A stretch of 16,000 nucleotides of DNA from Chthoniobacteraceae bacterium (lineage in GTDB: Bacteria > Verrucomicrobiota > Verrucomicrobiia > Chthoniobacterales > Chthoniobacteraceae): contig JANNWY010000245.1 of assembly GCA_031409335.1 (NCBI GenBank), positions 22,202-38,201 on the forward strand, written 5' to 3'. The translations under genes and the position numbers were made by a program. The notes under the pieces were generated by a model. The model did not search any database. It had not been told where the DNA came from and saw only the letters and a list, made by a program, of their open reading frames with translations. Positions 1 through 8,196 of the stretch are shown here, piece by piece (positions within the stretch are counted from its first letter, which is position 1; each line of letters begins with the position of its first letter).

Positions 1-2864
1 ATGAGCGTCAAGTGGCCTTGCGGGTCTGCTGGGATAGAAAGACTGGAAAATGCGCCGCTTACTCGGCCGCGGGCGAACTCTTGACGGAATGGAAAACACC
101 CGAACAGCAGGGAAAGGAGGTCGCAGGGTTACTCCTGCACAACAAAGGCCGTGATCTAACGCTGGAGTTTCTCCGGGTGCGCGAATGGGATGGGAAGGCT
201 CCGCCCAAGGTCGATGCGACCAAACCGCGCGTCGAGTTGACGGACGGACGCATCATTGAGGGTAAGGTGATGACCGGCCTTGCGACTTCCATCACCTTCA
301 AGGCACACGGATCGGAGGCCGTTCAGAGCTTTCCGATCGCCAGCGTGGATGCGGTGTTTTTCTCCCCTGAACCGACTCAAGCAGTTGAAATGCCGATAAC
401 CATGTCCTTCGCGGATGGGACGATCTTGAAAGGTGCGATCGAATCAATCAAAGATGGCACAGCCGCAATCAAACTCTCCGCAACGGACAAGCCGCTGCCT
501 TCGCGGATGGATGGCTTTAGGCAAATGCTGATCGGCTTACCAAAACCAGAAGGCAGTGCGCCGGAGCCTCTGCTTACCGCGCTCGACAAGATCGTGATTC
601 AGCAAAACACACTCCACGGAAAGCTCACCGGCGAAGGCGATGATCGTCCGCGCTGGCTGCCAGTGGGCGGTGTAAAGCCTGCGATCGTGGCAAAGGCATT
701 CGCGGGCGAAATCAATCGCGCGTTGGCGGAAGACTCCGTTTTTCCGGACACGCCGGGCCTTTTCCACACAAGCACCGGAGACGTCCTCCCTGGTCAATTG
801 CGGGCACTGGACCAGACCGGCGTAGAGTTCGACTCTGACATCGTCGAGATCACGAAACTGACTACCGCAAATCTGAACGCGATTCAGTTCGGGGTGGCGG
901 GTCAGCCGAACTTAAATGGCTTCGCAGACGCTGGGTGGCGCATCATCAAAGGCAATGAGAGGACGGTCGCGAGGAAGGATGGCACCCTGACGATGGAGCC
1001 CGGGACATCCATCGGCCATCCCGCAGGGATGCAAGGTAGCGAAATCAAGTTCTCGGTTGTTCCGAAAAGTACTTATTCCACCATCCGCCTTCGGCTTTTC
1101 TGCGAAGGCACCGAACCCACGAAAGCGACCAATCTATTGCTATACTATTGGGCGAATCGGATTCAGGCCGGACGCGAAAATGCAGATGGGCAGTGGGAAA
1201 ACCAGACCCAAACGGTCGTCCCAATCGGCAAGCCCGTGGAGATCCGGCTCGGCATTGACGAGAAGCAGGTGGAATTGCGCATCAACGATATTCTGACCCG
1301 CAAGTTTCCGATCAACCCGGCGATGCGAGCCGGAGTCGGGCTGATCATCGAACCCACTGGCACATTTGGAAACGAAGCGACTGCCATCGCTTTGTCGGAC
1401 TTCTCCACACACGCGGCACCGGGTCGCACCTGGCTTCCCGATGTCGCGGTTGAAACGAAATTTCACGCGCTGACGATCCCGCGTTTCCGAAAGGATGCTC
1501 CGCCGAAACATGCGCTCATCGCCAACAACGGAGACGTGCTGCGCGGCGAGATCGAGGCCATCACCGCAACCCACTTTGGCTTTCGATCCGGCTTGGAGAC
1601 GCTTCGTGTTCCGCGGGATCGGGTGAAGGCAGCGATCTGGTTGAAAAAGCCGGACGCAGACGCACCGACCACATTTTCGGAAGGCCCCGCGCTCAAGCTG
1701 CTCGATACCCAGATACGGATGAATTCCCGCTTCAATGGCGCGGGACTGAGCAGTTTGATCGCCGTCCTGCAACGGGAGGTGGGAGGCTTGAAATTCAAGC
1801 TGCCCGAGAAACAGGATACTCGCAGAGTGGCAATGCAATTTGGCGGGCAGACGGTCGGCGAGGCGCTGGAGCATATCTGCTCCTTGTTCGATTTGAAATA
1901 CCGTTTCAGTGAAGATGGAACGATCTTGATCGAGGCTCCTTCCGCATCTGAAAAGGAACTGATCTCCAAGACCTACTGGCTCAAACCGGGAACCTTTCCA
2001 GGTGACAAGCCGGTGAAAGAAATCCTCGCGGAAAAAGGCCTTGGTTTTCCAAGCGGGTCGGACCTGACATGGCGTCCCGATGCGGCGCAGCTTTCCATGG
2101 CTAACATCGAGGAGAACCACGCTAAACTCGCCGCTTTGCTGAAGACTGAATTCGGCGGCATTCTTGGAACACCCACTCACTGGCTGCTGCTCACCAATGG
2201 TGCCCGACTGGGAATGGAGATTGATAAATTCGATCCCGATTTCATCTCCGGTCAGCATCCGCTGTACGGTCGCTGCAAGGTGCCTGTCTCACAGGTCCAT
2301 GTGATCCGCACCACGATGCCCGAGGCGACTGCTGCCATGAAGTCACTAAAAGACTGGCGACTCACCTTTGCCCCGGAGCCCGTGCTTCCAGAGACTGGAG
2401 GCGAAAGCTCGCCGTCACTTGGCAAGGAAGCGAAACCCTTCAAACTAGCCATGCTTGGCGGCGGCGACTTTGATCTCGGCGCGGAAAAGGGAAAGGTCGT
2501 CGTGCTCGACTTCTGGGCGACCTGGTGCTTGCCTTGCATCAAGTCACTGCCTGGCATCATCAAAGTGATGGCGGATTTTCCACCGGATCGGGTGAAGCTC
2601 ATCGGGGTGAATCAGGGTGAACCCGCGGACTTCGTGAAGCGCTTTCTCGAAGCGCGGGACTGGAAGCTGGCTGTCGCCATGGATTCCAATCAAAGCGTGG
2701 CGCGACAGTTTGGAGTCGATGGCATCCCGCATACCGTCATCGTCGGCCCGGATGGGAAAGTAGCGTGGGTGAAAACTGGCTATAGCCCGGAGGGTGAATT
2801 GGAAGCCGCCGCCGCGGTGAAGAAGCTCCTGGAGCCAGCCGCTCCACCCGCGGCCACGCCGTAA
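1..2864 (+). CDS. Large multidomain exported protein with C-terminal TlpA/ResA-type thioredoxin (redoxin) domain; 5' end lies outside the window
   Basis: The frame-3 ORF is open to the window edge: codons 3-11 upstream of the GTG at 12 contain no stop. There is no signal peptide at that GTG, so the true start is upstream. The C-terminal ~130 aa 'GKVVVLDFWATWCLPCIKSLP...QFGVDGIPHTVIVGPDGKV' is a classic thioredoxin-fold WCxxC redoxin (Cys codons at 2526-2528 and 2535-2537). Upstream I see ~45-aa repeats, a LamG/DUF1080-like stretch and an STN/secretin-N-like stretch, recognised by eye only. Confidence 0.85.
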   Translation, partial: ERQVALRVCWDRKTGKCAAYSAAGELLTEWKTPEQQGKEVAGLLLHNKGRDLTLEFLRVREWDGKAPPKVDATKPRVELTDGRIIEGKVMTGLATSITFKAHGSEAVQSFPIASVDAVFFSPEPTQAVEMPITMSFADGTILKGAIESIKDGTAAIKLSATDKPLPSRMDGFRQMLIGLPKPEGSAPEPLLTALDKIVIQQNTLHGKLTGEGDDRPRWLPVGGVKPAIVAKAFAGEINRALAEDSVFPDTPGLFHTSTGDVLPGQLRALDQTGVEFDSDIVEITKLTTANLNAIQFGVAGQPNLNGFADAGWRIIKGNERTVARKDGTLTMEPGTSIGHPAGMQGSEIKFSVVPKSTYSTIRLRLFCEGTEPTKATNLLLYYWANRIQAGRENADGQWENQTQTVVPIGKPVEIRLGIDEKQVELRINDILTRKFPINPAMRAGVGLIIEPTGTFGNEATAIALSDFSTHAAPGRTWLPDVAVETKFHALTIPRFRKDAPPKHALIANNGDVLRGEIEAITATHFGFRSGLETLRVPRDRVKAAIWLKKPDADAPTTFSEGPALKLLDTQIRMNSRFNGAGLSSLIAVLQREVGGLKFKLPEKQDTRRVAMQFGGQTVGEALEHICSLFDLKYRFSEDGTILIEAPSASEKELISKTYWLKPGTFPGDKPVKEILAEKGLGFPSGSDLTWRPDAAQLSMANIEENHAKLAALLKTEFGGILGTPTHWLLLTNGARLGMEIDKFDPDFISGQHPLYGRCKVPVSQVHVIRTTMPEATAAMKSLKDWRLTFAPEPVLPETGGESSPSLGKEAKPFKLAMLGGGDFDLGAEKGKVVVLDFWATWCLPCIKSLPGIIKVMADFPPDRVKLIGVNQGEPADFVKRFLEARDWKLAVAMDSNQSVARQFGVDGIPHTVIVGPDGKVAWVKTGYSPEGELEAAAAVKKLLEPAAPPAATP

Positions 2865-2872
2865 CTATACTC

Positions 2873-5008
2873 TCAAAACAAGGCTTTCAGCCCGACGACA
2901 ATTCCCCTGCCCGCCAGCGGCGCAATGTCTTTTAGGAAAGACGTATGAAGGCGCGCTTCTGCGTCGGTGAGGTTCACACCTTTGACATAGACGTCGAGTT
3001 CCACGCCTCTCATCGGAACCTTGTAGCCGAGGCTAGCATTCACGAGGAAATGGCTGTCGGTCGCGAGCTCGAATTCGGAGATGCGATTTTGATGCGCAGA
3101 GTATTGCCCCTCCACGTTCGCGCTGAAACGGTCGCGCGTGTAGTTCAGCCCAGCGCTCGCGCGGAATGGCGGGATGCGTGGCAACGGCTTGCCGGATTTG
3201 ATGTCTTCGGCGTGGACATAGTCAGCGCGGAGCACGAGGTCGAGCGTGTCAGCACTGAGCGACGCGGGGATCGCCTTCACCTCCTTCTCCGAAAAAGCGG
3301 CGCGCGTGGTTTCGACGATGTGAAAAGTGATCTCCGCCTCGCCACCAAAGAACTCTGCATCCGTCACGCGATACGCATAGATCGGCAGATCATCCTCTTC
3401 GCCAGCCACGACATCACCCGTGGCAAACTGCCCGACGAAATCGCTGAACCGATAGTAGAACGCGCTGATCGCGCCGGTAATGCGGCCCGACTTTTTGCGT
3501 AGCGAAAGATCGAGGCTGAATGCCTTCTCGGACCCAAGCCGGTCGTCGCCGATCTCGAATGTGTTCGTCGCGACATGCGGGCCGTTTGCGAAGAGTTCCT
3601 GGTAAGTCGGCGCGCGCCGTGTGAGAGCGGCATTCAGCGCGACGGCATACCCATCGGTCGGCGTGAAAACCACGCCGAACGAACCGCTCACATTTTCAAA
3701 GGTGCGCCCGCGCGCCACGCCGAAGCCTTCCGCCGAAGCGGCATCGACGGCGATGTGATCGAAGCGCACACCACACTGCGCGCGCCATTGCGGATTGAAA
3801 ACGGCCTCCTCGAAGAGGAAGCCCGAGTGGGTGACGGTCTCGACCGGCGGCAGGAATGCCTCTTCGCCGATCGCGGAAAAATCGCTCTTTTCCGTCTGGT
3901 AACCGATCGTGCCTTCAAACATCCCGAGCCGGTAATGCGCGATCTCGATGCGGCCATCATAGCCTTCGTTTTCAAAGCGCGTTCCGACAAACGCACCTTC
4001 AAATTCGGTGTGTTCATAGTCTGAAATCCCGAGGCTGTAGCTGATCGATTTCACGCCAACATACGGCTCGAAAAACGCGCCACGAAAATCCCAGCGTCGC
4101 TGCTCCATGTCGATCGTCACTTCACGCTCGGCGACTGTTCCGTAGTTCGTGTGAAAGCCTGAGTAGGCGAGGCCGAAGAAGCCTTTTTCCCACACGTACG
4201 ATGCTCCGCCGGAAAGGCCTTCCGTCCGCAGATCGCTGTTCGGCAGCACATTCCTGGTTTCACTTTCACCATCGGGAAGCGTCGCGCGCTCGCGCAGCCT
4301 TTCGGAGCGCGCGAAACCCGGAATGTGCAGCTCATCCGTCGCGCGTTTGTATCCCTCGATGTGCCACGCAAAACCACCGAGCCCGCCTTCCAGTGTGAAC
4401 GCGCCGCCGCGCTCCGCATTCACCGAGCCATACCGCGTCTCGGCGCTCCCGCGCACGGGCACGTCGATGCGGCGATTCGGGATGCGTCCGTCGATCGTGT
4501 TGACGACGCCACCAATGGCATTCGAGCCGTAGAGCAGCGTTGCCGGGCCGCGCACGATCTCGACACTTTCCAGCGAGACGGGATCGAAGCTGACCGCGTG
4601 GTCCACACTCGTTCCCGAGGCGTCGATGGAGCTGCTGCCATTTTGTAAAACGCGAATCCGATCCGCATCGAAACCGCGAATGATGGGCCGGCTTGCCGCT
4701 GGTCCGAAGTAGGTGGAACTGACGCCGGGCATGCGCGAAAGCGTTTCGCCCAGCGTCGGCTCCAGGCGAAGTTTCAATTCATCGCCACTGAGGATGGAGA
4801 CGGGCTGCACTTGCTCAAAGAGGGTGTAGCCAAAGGGGCTGGCGGTGATGATGACCGCCGCTACTTCCGGGGCAGGCGGCGAATCGCTTTGCGCGTGCGC
4901 TGCCATGCAAACCAGCGCCGCTGGCGCAAAGAGCTGGCATATTTTCAGGAAGGAAAGTGTCGGGCCCGGTGAAGTTTTGTGAGGAGCAGGGTCAAATTTG
5001 AGCATCAT
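2873..5008 (-). CDS. TonB-dependent outer-membrane receptor (possibly ZnuD-like metal-uptake subfamily)
   Basis: The ORF spans 2873..5044. The likeliest start is the ATG at 5008 or 5005 (MMLKFD...), giving a long signal peptide ending ...ALVCMAAHA/QS. It has a TonB-box-like 'EVAAVIITASP' and the plug motifs 'SRPIIRGFDADRIRVLQNG' and 'VEIVRGPATLLYGSNAIGGVVN'. The barrel ends ...VVGLKALF with a terminal Phe. 'RAPTYQELFANGPHVATNTFEIGD' resembles ZnuD-type receptors as I remember them, which is unverified. Confidence 0.9.
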   Translation of the reverse strand: MMLKFDPAPHKTSPGPTLSFLKICQLFAPAALVCMAAHAQSDSPPAPEVAAVIITASPFGYTLFEQVQPVSILSGDELKLRLEPTLGETLSRMPGVSSTYFGPAASRPIIRGFDADRIRVLQNGSSSIDASGTSVDHAVSFDPVSLESVEIVRGPATLLYGSNAIGGVVNTIDGRIPNRRIDVPVRGSAETRYGSVNAERGGAFTLEGGLGGFAWHIEGYKRATDELHIPGFARSERLRERATLPDGESETRNVLPNSDLRTEGLSGGASYVWEKGFFGLAYSGFHTNYGTVAEREVTIDMEQRRWDFRGAFFEPYVGVKSISYSLGISDYEHTEFEGAFVGTRFENEGYDGRIEIAHYRLGMFEGTIGYQTEKSDFSAIGEEAFLPPVETVTHSGFLFEEAVFNPQWRAQCGVRFDHIAVDAASAEGFGVARGRTFENVSGSFGVVFTPTDGYAVALNAALTRRAPTYQELFANGPHVATNTFEIGDDRLGSEKAFSLDLSLRKKSGRITGAISAFYYRFSDFVGQFATGDVVAGEEDDLPIYAYRVTDAEFFGGEAEITFHIVETTRAAFSEKEVKAIPASLSADTLDLVLRADYVHAEDIKSGKPLPRIPPFRASAGLNYTRDRFSANVEGQYSAHQNRISEFELATDSHFLVNASLGYKVPMRGVELDVYVKGVNLTDAEARLHTSFLKDIAPLAGRGIVVGLKALF

Positions 5009-5013
5009 GCTAT

Positions 5014-5028
5014 CGCAAGTAACTTGCG
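5014..5028. promoter_or_regulatory. Perfect 7-1-7 inverted repeat CGCAAGT-A-ACTTGCG; candidate operator in the receptor/hydrolase divergent region
   Basis: The repeat was read directly from the sequence. It lies 6 nt upstream of the ATG at 5008 of the TonB-dependent receptor. The related half-site GCCAAGT occurs twice more, at 5040-5046 and 5073-5079, 33 nt apart. Its function is inferred, not shown. Confidence 0.3.
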
Positions 5029-5103
5029 TTTGATGGCCTGCCAAGTCATTTCATCGCGCGAATCCACTCCCGGCCAAGTGAACCCGGTGATAGCGTTTCG
5101 CGC

Positions 5104-7317
5104 ATGAGATTTCCCCATCAAGTCTGGATCTGCGCGCTCGCTTTTCTCACGCCAAGCCTCCATGCAGCGGAGTCGGTGCCGCGACCTTGGACCGAGTACC
5201 GCACCATCATGTGGATCGGTGACACGGCCTACAAAAAGCCGGAAAAACTGCCGCTCTTTTTCCAGCGAATGCGCGAGATGGGCGTCAATACAGGAATGGT
5301 CACGGGCGATGCAGATGCGCAGCCGCTGCTGGATGCGAAGATGCCGTTCTACGTGGAGAACATCGTGAACAAAGGGCTGTGCTTGAAGTGGAATTCCAAG
5401 GTGAGCGATTGGGACAAGATGGTGACGGCATGGAAAACGCCGCGCGATGAGGCGGGACTCATGCGCGACTACAGTCTCGACGACCCGAAGTGGCGCGAGT
5501 GGGCGGGCAGCGCGATGACTTCCGCCGTCCGCAAACACGCTGCGAACCGACCGCTCGCCTACGACATCCGCGACGAACTCTCGACGACGATCTCGGCGAA
5601 CCCTTTCGACTATGACTTCTCGCCGACCGCGCTGGCGGGTTTTCGCGACTGGTTAAAAATGCAATATCGCAACCTCGCCGCGCTGAACGCGCAGTGGGAC
5701 ACGCACTTTTCCAAATGGGAGGACGTGAAGCCCTTCACCACCGACCAGATCAAAAACCGCATGGCCGGCGGTGAACCGGACGCGCTCGGCTTCCCGCGCG
5801 GAAAGCCCGACTGGCAAGCACTCCAAGCAGTCAAATTCGATCCCGACGAAGCGCGGAAAAATCCGGCGCGCTGGAATTTTTCGCCGTGGTGCGATCACCG
5901 CACTTACATGGACGTGGCGCTCGCCCGCACACTCGGCGACCTGCGCGAAACCGCGCGGAAGCTCGATCCACAGACGCCTGTGGGAATCGAAGGCACCCAG
6001 ATGCCATCCGCCTTCGGCGGCTACGATTTGTGGCGGCTTTCGCAAGTGCTCGACTGGGTGGAGCCGTACGACATTGGCAATGCGCGGGAGATTTTCGGCT
6101 CCTTCATGCCGGGGAAACCCTTCCTCACGACCGTCGGCGAACAGGACGCCAAAGCCGCGCGCCGCCGCCTTTGGCACCTGCTGCTGGAAGGCGACCGCGG
6201 CTGCATCGTCTGGTGGAGCGAGGATTGCATCGACTGGAAAAGTGAAGACTACGCGCTGACTCCGCGCGCCAAAGCGCTCGCGCCCGTGCTCGCCGAAATG
6301 CAGTCTCCGCTCGCGCGTCTTTTCCTGCGCGCAAAACGCGAGTTTGATCCCGTGGCGGTTCACTATTCGCACGCGAGCATCCAGGTGAACTGGCTGCTCG
6401 AATCGACGGAAGATGGCAGCACGTGGTTGCGCCGCTTTTCCAGCTACGAGGCGAGCCACAACAAGATGGCGAAAAGCCGCCAGGCGTGGGTGAAGCTGCT
6501 GCAGGATTTGGGTTACACGCCGCAGTTTCTCTCGACCGAACAGATCGAGCGCGGGGCGCTGGCGAAGCAGAAGATTCTGGTTTGCCCAGACTCATTGGCG
6601 ATGTCCGGCGCGGAAGCGGCGGCGATTTCCAAATGGATCGATCTACTCCCCGGCCAACGAGAAAACCGTATCGCGCTCGGCTCCGATGAGCCGAATCATT
6701 TCGATCCGCACGGCCGCCTCCGCGCGGCAGGCCACCTCAGCATCATGGGCGACCGGATCATTCACCGCGACTCCACTTGGTATGTTCAACTTTTCCCAGA
6801 GAGTCTCGCTGTGGGCGAGCTGGGCGACGCTCCTCTTTCAAGTCTGAGCCGCCGCGATGGACTTCCTACGAATGTGGGCGAGGCAGTCGAACAACGCTTG
6901 CTCCAAGCTGAAATCGACCGACGCCGCGCGGCTTCCCTGGAAGACGGTTTGGAAGAGCGACTCCACGAGATTTTGCCGCCCGACATCGAAGTCTCGCGCC
7001 ACCTCTGCGTGCGCACCCATCGCTACCGCTCAGGCCCCGCGCGCCTCGTCGCGTTCGAGCGAAACATCGTGTGGCAGATGGGCGAGGATTTGAAGCAAGC
7101 CGGCGGAAATGAACCGCTGGAAAAGCCCGTGAAGTTCGACGCGAAACTTTCCGCACCGGCGCACGCTTACGATTTGCGTTCGGGCAAATATCTCGGGCTT
7201 CTTTCCAGCATCCCCGTGGATCTCGACCCGTGGCAGCCATCGCTTTACGCCCTCACGAAAGCGAAGCTGCCCGACGGCGACATCCTCGACGAGTTGGAAA
7301 AAATCGCCCCGCGGTGA
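5104..7317 (+). CDS. Secreted GH42-like glycoside hydrolase (beta-galactosidase family-like, with trimerisation-type C-terminal region)
   Basis: The 737-aa ORF has a signal peptide (MRFPHQVWICALAFLTPSLHA/AE). 'LAYDIRDELS...FRDWLKMQYRNLAALNAQWDTHF' parallels the GH42 '...DNEY...[23 protein letters not shown]' region. 'PVGIEGTQMP' sits where the nucleophile Glu is expected. 'KILVCPDSLAMSGAEAAAISKWI' resembles the GH42 trimerisation (GATase-like) domain. The acid/base motif is RDE rather than DNE, so the activity is uncertain. Confidence 0.6.
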   Translation: MRFPHQVWICALAFLTPSLHAAESVPRPWTEYRTIMWIGDTAYKKPEKLPLFFQRMREMGVNTGMVTGDADAQPLLDAKMPFYVENIVNKGLCLKWNSKVSDWDKMVTAWKTPRDEAGLMRDYSLDDPKWREWAGSAMTSAVRKHAANRPLAYDIRDELSTTISANPFDYDFSPTALAGFRDWLKMQYRNLAALNAQWDTHFSKWEDVKPFTTDQIKNRMAGGEPDALGFPRGKPDWQALQAVKFDPDEARKNPARWNFSPWCDHRTYMDVALARTLGDLRETARKLDPQTPVGIEGTQMPSAFGGYDLWRLSQVLDWVEPYDIGNAREIFGSFMPGKPFLTTVGEQDAKAARRRLWHLLLEGDRGCIVWWSEDCIDWKSEDYALTPRAKALAPVLAEMQSPLARLFLRAKREFDPVAVHYSHASIQVNWLLESTEDGSTWLRRFSSYEASHNKMAKSRQAWVKLLQDLGYTPQFLSTEQIERGALAKQKILVCPDSLAMSGAEAAAISKWIDLLPGQRENRIALGSDEPNHFDPHGRLRAAGHLSIMGDRIIHRDSTWYVQLFPESLAVGELGDAPLSSLSRRDGLPTNVGEAVEQRLLQAEIDRRRAASLEDGLEERLHEILPPDIEVSRHLCVRTHRYRSGPARLVAFERNIVWQMGEDLKQAGGNEPLEKPVKFDAKLSAPAHAYDLRSGKYLGLLSSIPVDLDPWQPSLYALTKAKLPDGDILDELEKIAPR

Positions 7318-7333
7318 GTTGACGGGCGGCTGC

Positions 7334-7510
7334 GCGTTTCCGGGTAGCACGCTCGTCCCGAGCGTTGGCGAAGGCGTCCCGCCTTTGCGGACTTCCTTCA
7401 CGCTTCATCCCAGATTTCGTTCACGCATCTCGCAGCGCCGCGGAAAGGAAGTTCGTTTTGGCGGGACGCCAAAACCAACGCTCGGGACGAGCGTGCTACC
7501 CGGAATACGC
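7334..7510. repeat. Long nested imperfect palindrome (REP/MITE-like element or bidirectional terminator) between convergent genes
   Basis: 7338-7368 (ttccgggtagcacgctcgtcccgagcgttgg) is the exact reverse complement of 7475-7505 (31/31 nt). A second segment, 7373-7383 (ggcgtcccgcc), pairs with 7460-7470 (11/11 nt), and 7391-7398 (acttcctt) pairs with 7446-7453. Each 31-nt arm also contains its own hairpin, ACGCTCG-nnn-CGAGCGT (7349-7365 and 7478-7494). The element fills the gap between the stop codons at 7317 (+) and 7529 (-). Confidence 0.85.
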
Positions 7511-7528
7511 CCGCGACGCGTTCCCCAG

Positions 7529-8191
7529 CTAAAAGCGAAACTCCCGCATCACGCCGCACCACTTCTTCAGCGCGGGCTGCGCGGCGCTCAGTTCGTTCCA
7601 GCCGCGGTAGGTGAGATTGCCGATGATCCCGAAAAGCAGAAAGTCGCTGTAAACCGGCGTGTCGCCGAAGAGGAAAGGCGAATGGAGCAGCGTCGTTTCA
7701 AAACGCGCGAGCAACTTGTCGGCATCCGCGCGGATCGCCGCGGCCTCGCGCCGCCATTGTTCGAGGCATCCGCGCCCGAACTTCCGCTCTTTGTGCCGCA
7801 CCGTCATCCCGCGCGCCGCGACATCGGGGATCGCCGGGACGTAATGAATATCCGTCAGCTTGAAGGTGAGCGACTCGACTTCGTTTTCCAAAAAGTCGTT
7901 CACGATGGCCTGCAAGCCATCGAGCGCCGCGGGGAAAAGCGCGCCGCGGGCAAACGTCGTGTCCACGTAGCGCGCGACATCCTGCGAGTCGGCGCGGGTT
8001 TCAAAGATGACGCGCCCGTCGTGCTCCAGCACCGGCACAGAATAGTATGCGCCGTCCGTCAGCCGCAGCAGTTCGCCGCGATCCCAGTTCGTAATCTCGC
8101 GCCGCCCGAACTCGACGCCGCACGCCGTCATCGCCTGCGCGATGGGAATGCAAAACGGGCTGTGGGCCAATTCATAAAGTGTCACACTCAT
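7529..8191 (-). CDS. Glutathione S-transferase-family protein (thioredoxin-like N-domain plus helical C-domain)
   Basis: The start is the ATG at 8191 (MSVTLYELAHSPFCIP...). The upstream part of the 321-aa ORF overlaps lipB and is Arg/Gly-rich junk. 'LYELAHSPFC...YYSVPVLEHDGRVIFETRADSQDVARYVD' matches the GST/Grx2 N-terminal pattern. It lies 5 nt downstream of the lipB stop. Confidence 0.75.
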   Translation of the reverse strand: MSVTLYELAHSPFCIPIAQAMTACGVEFGRREITNWDRGELLRLTDGAYYSVPVLEHDGRVIFETRADSQDVARYVDTTFARGALFPAALDGLQAIVNDFLENEVESLTFKLTDIHYVPAIPDVAARGMTVRHKERKFGRGCLEQWRREAAAIRADADKLLARFETTLLHSPFLFGDTPVYSDFLLFGIIGNLTYRGWNELSAAQPALKKWCGVMREFRF

Positions 8192-8196
8192 GCCGC

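Noticed and set aside
1140-2258. 372-aa minus-strand ORF inside the giant thioredoxin-protein gene (plus similar antisense ORFs at 5653..6459, 10071..10805, 11937..12842, 12903..13601 and 14994..15749)
   Set aside because: All are antisense to ORFs with clear domain signatures, are Arg/Gly/Ala/Cys-rich, and lack signal peptides or motifs. I interpret them as GC-driven shadow frames, not genes.
2865-2872. Looked for a terminator between the convergent giant gene and the TonB-dependent receptor
   Set aside because: Only 8 nt separate the two stop codons, and no convincing hairpin is visible nearby. Any termination signal must lie inside the coding sequences, and I cannot support a call.
5005-5538. 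177-aa minus-strand ORF crossing the divergent promoter region and the 5' end of the GH42-like gene
   Set aside because: It is antisense to a well-supported secreted-hydrolase ORF and spans an intergenic region. The translation is His/Arg-rich with no motif.
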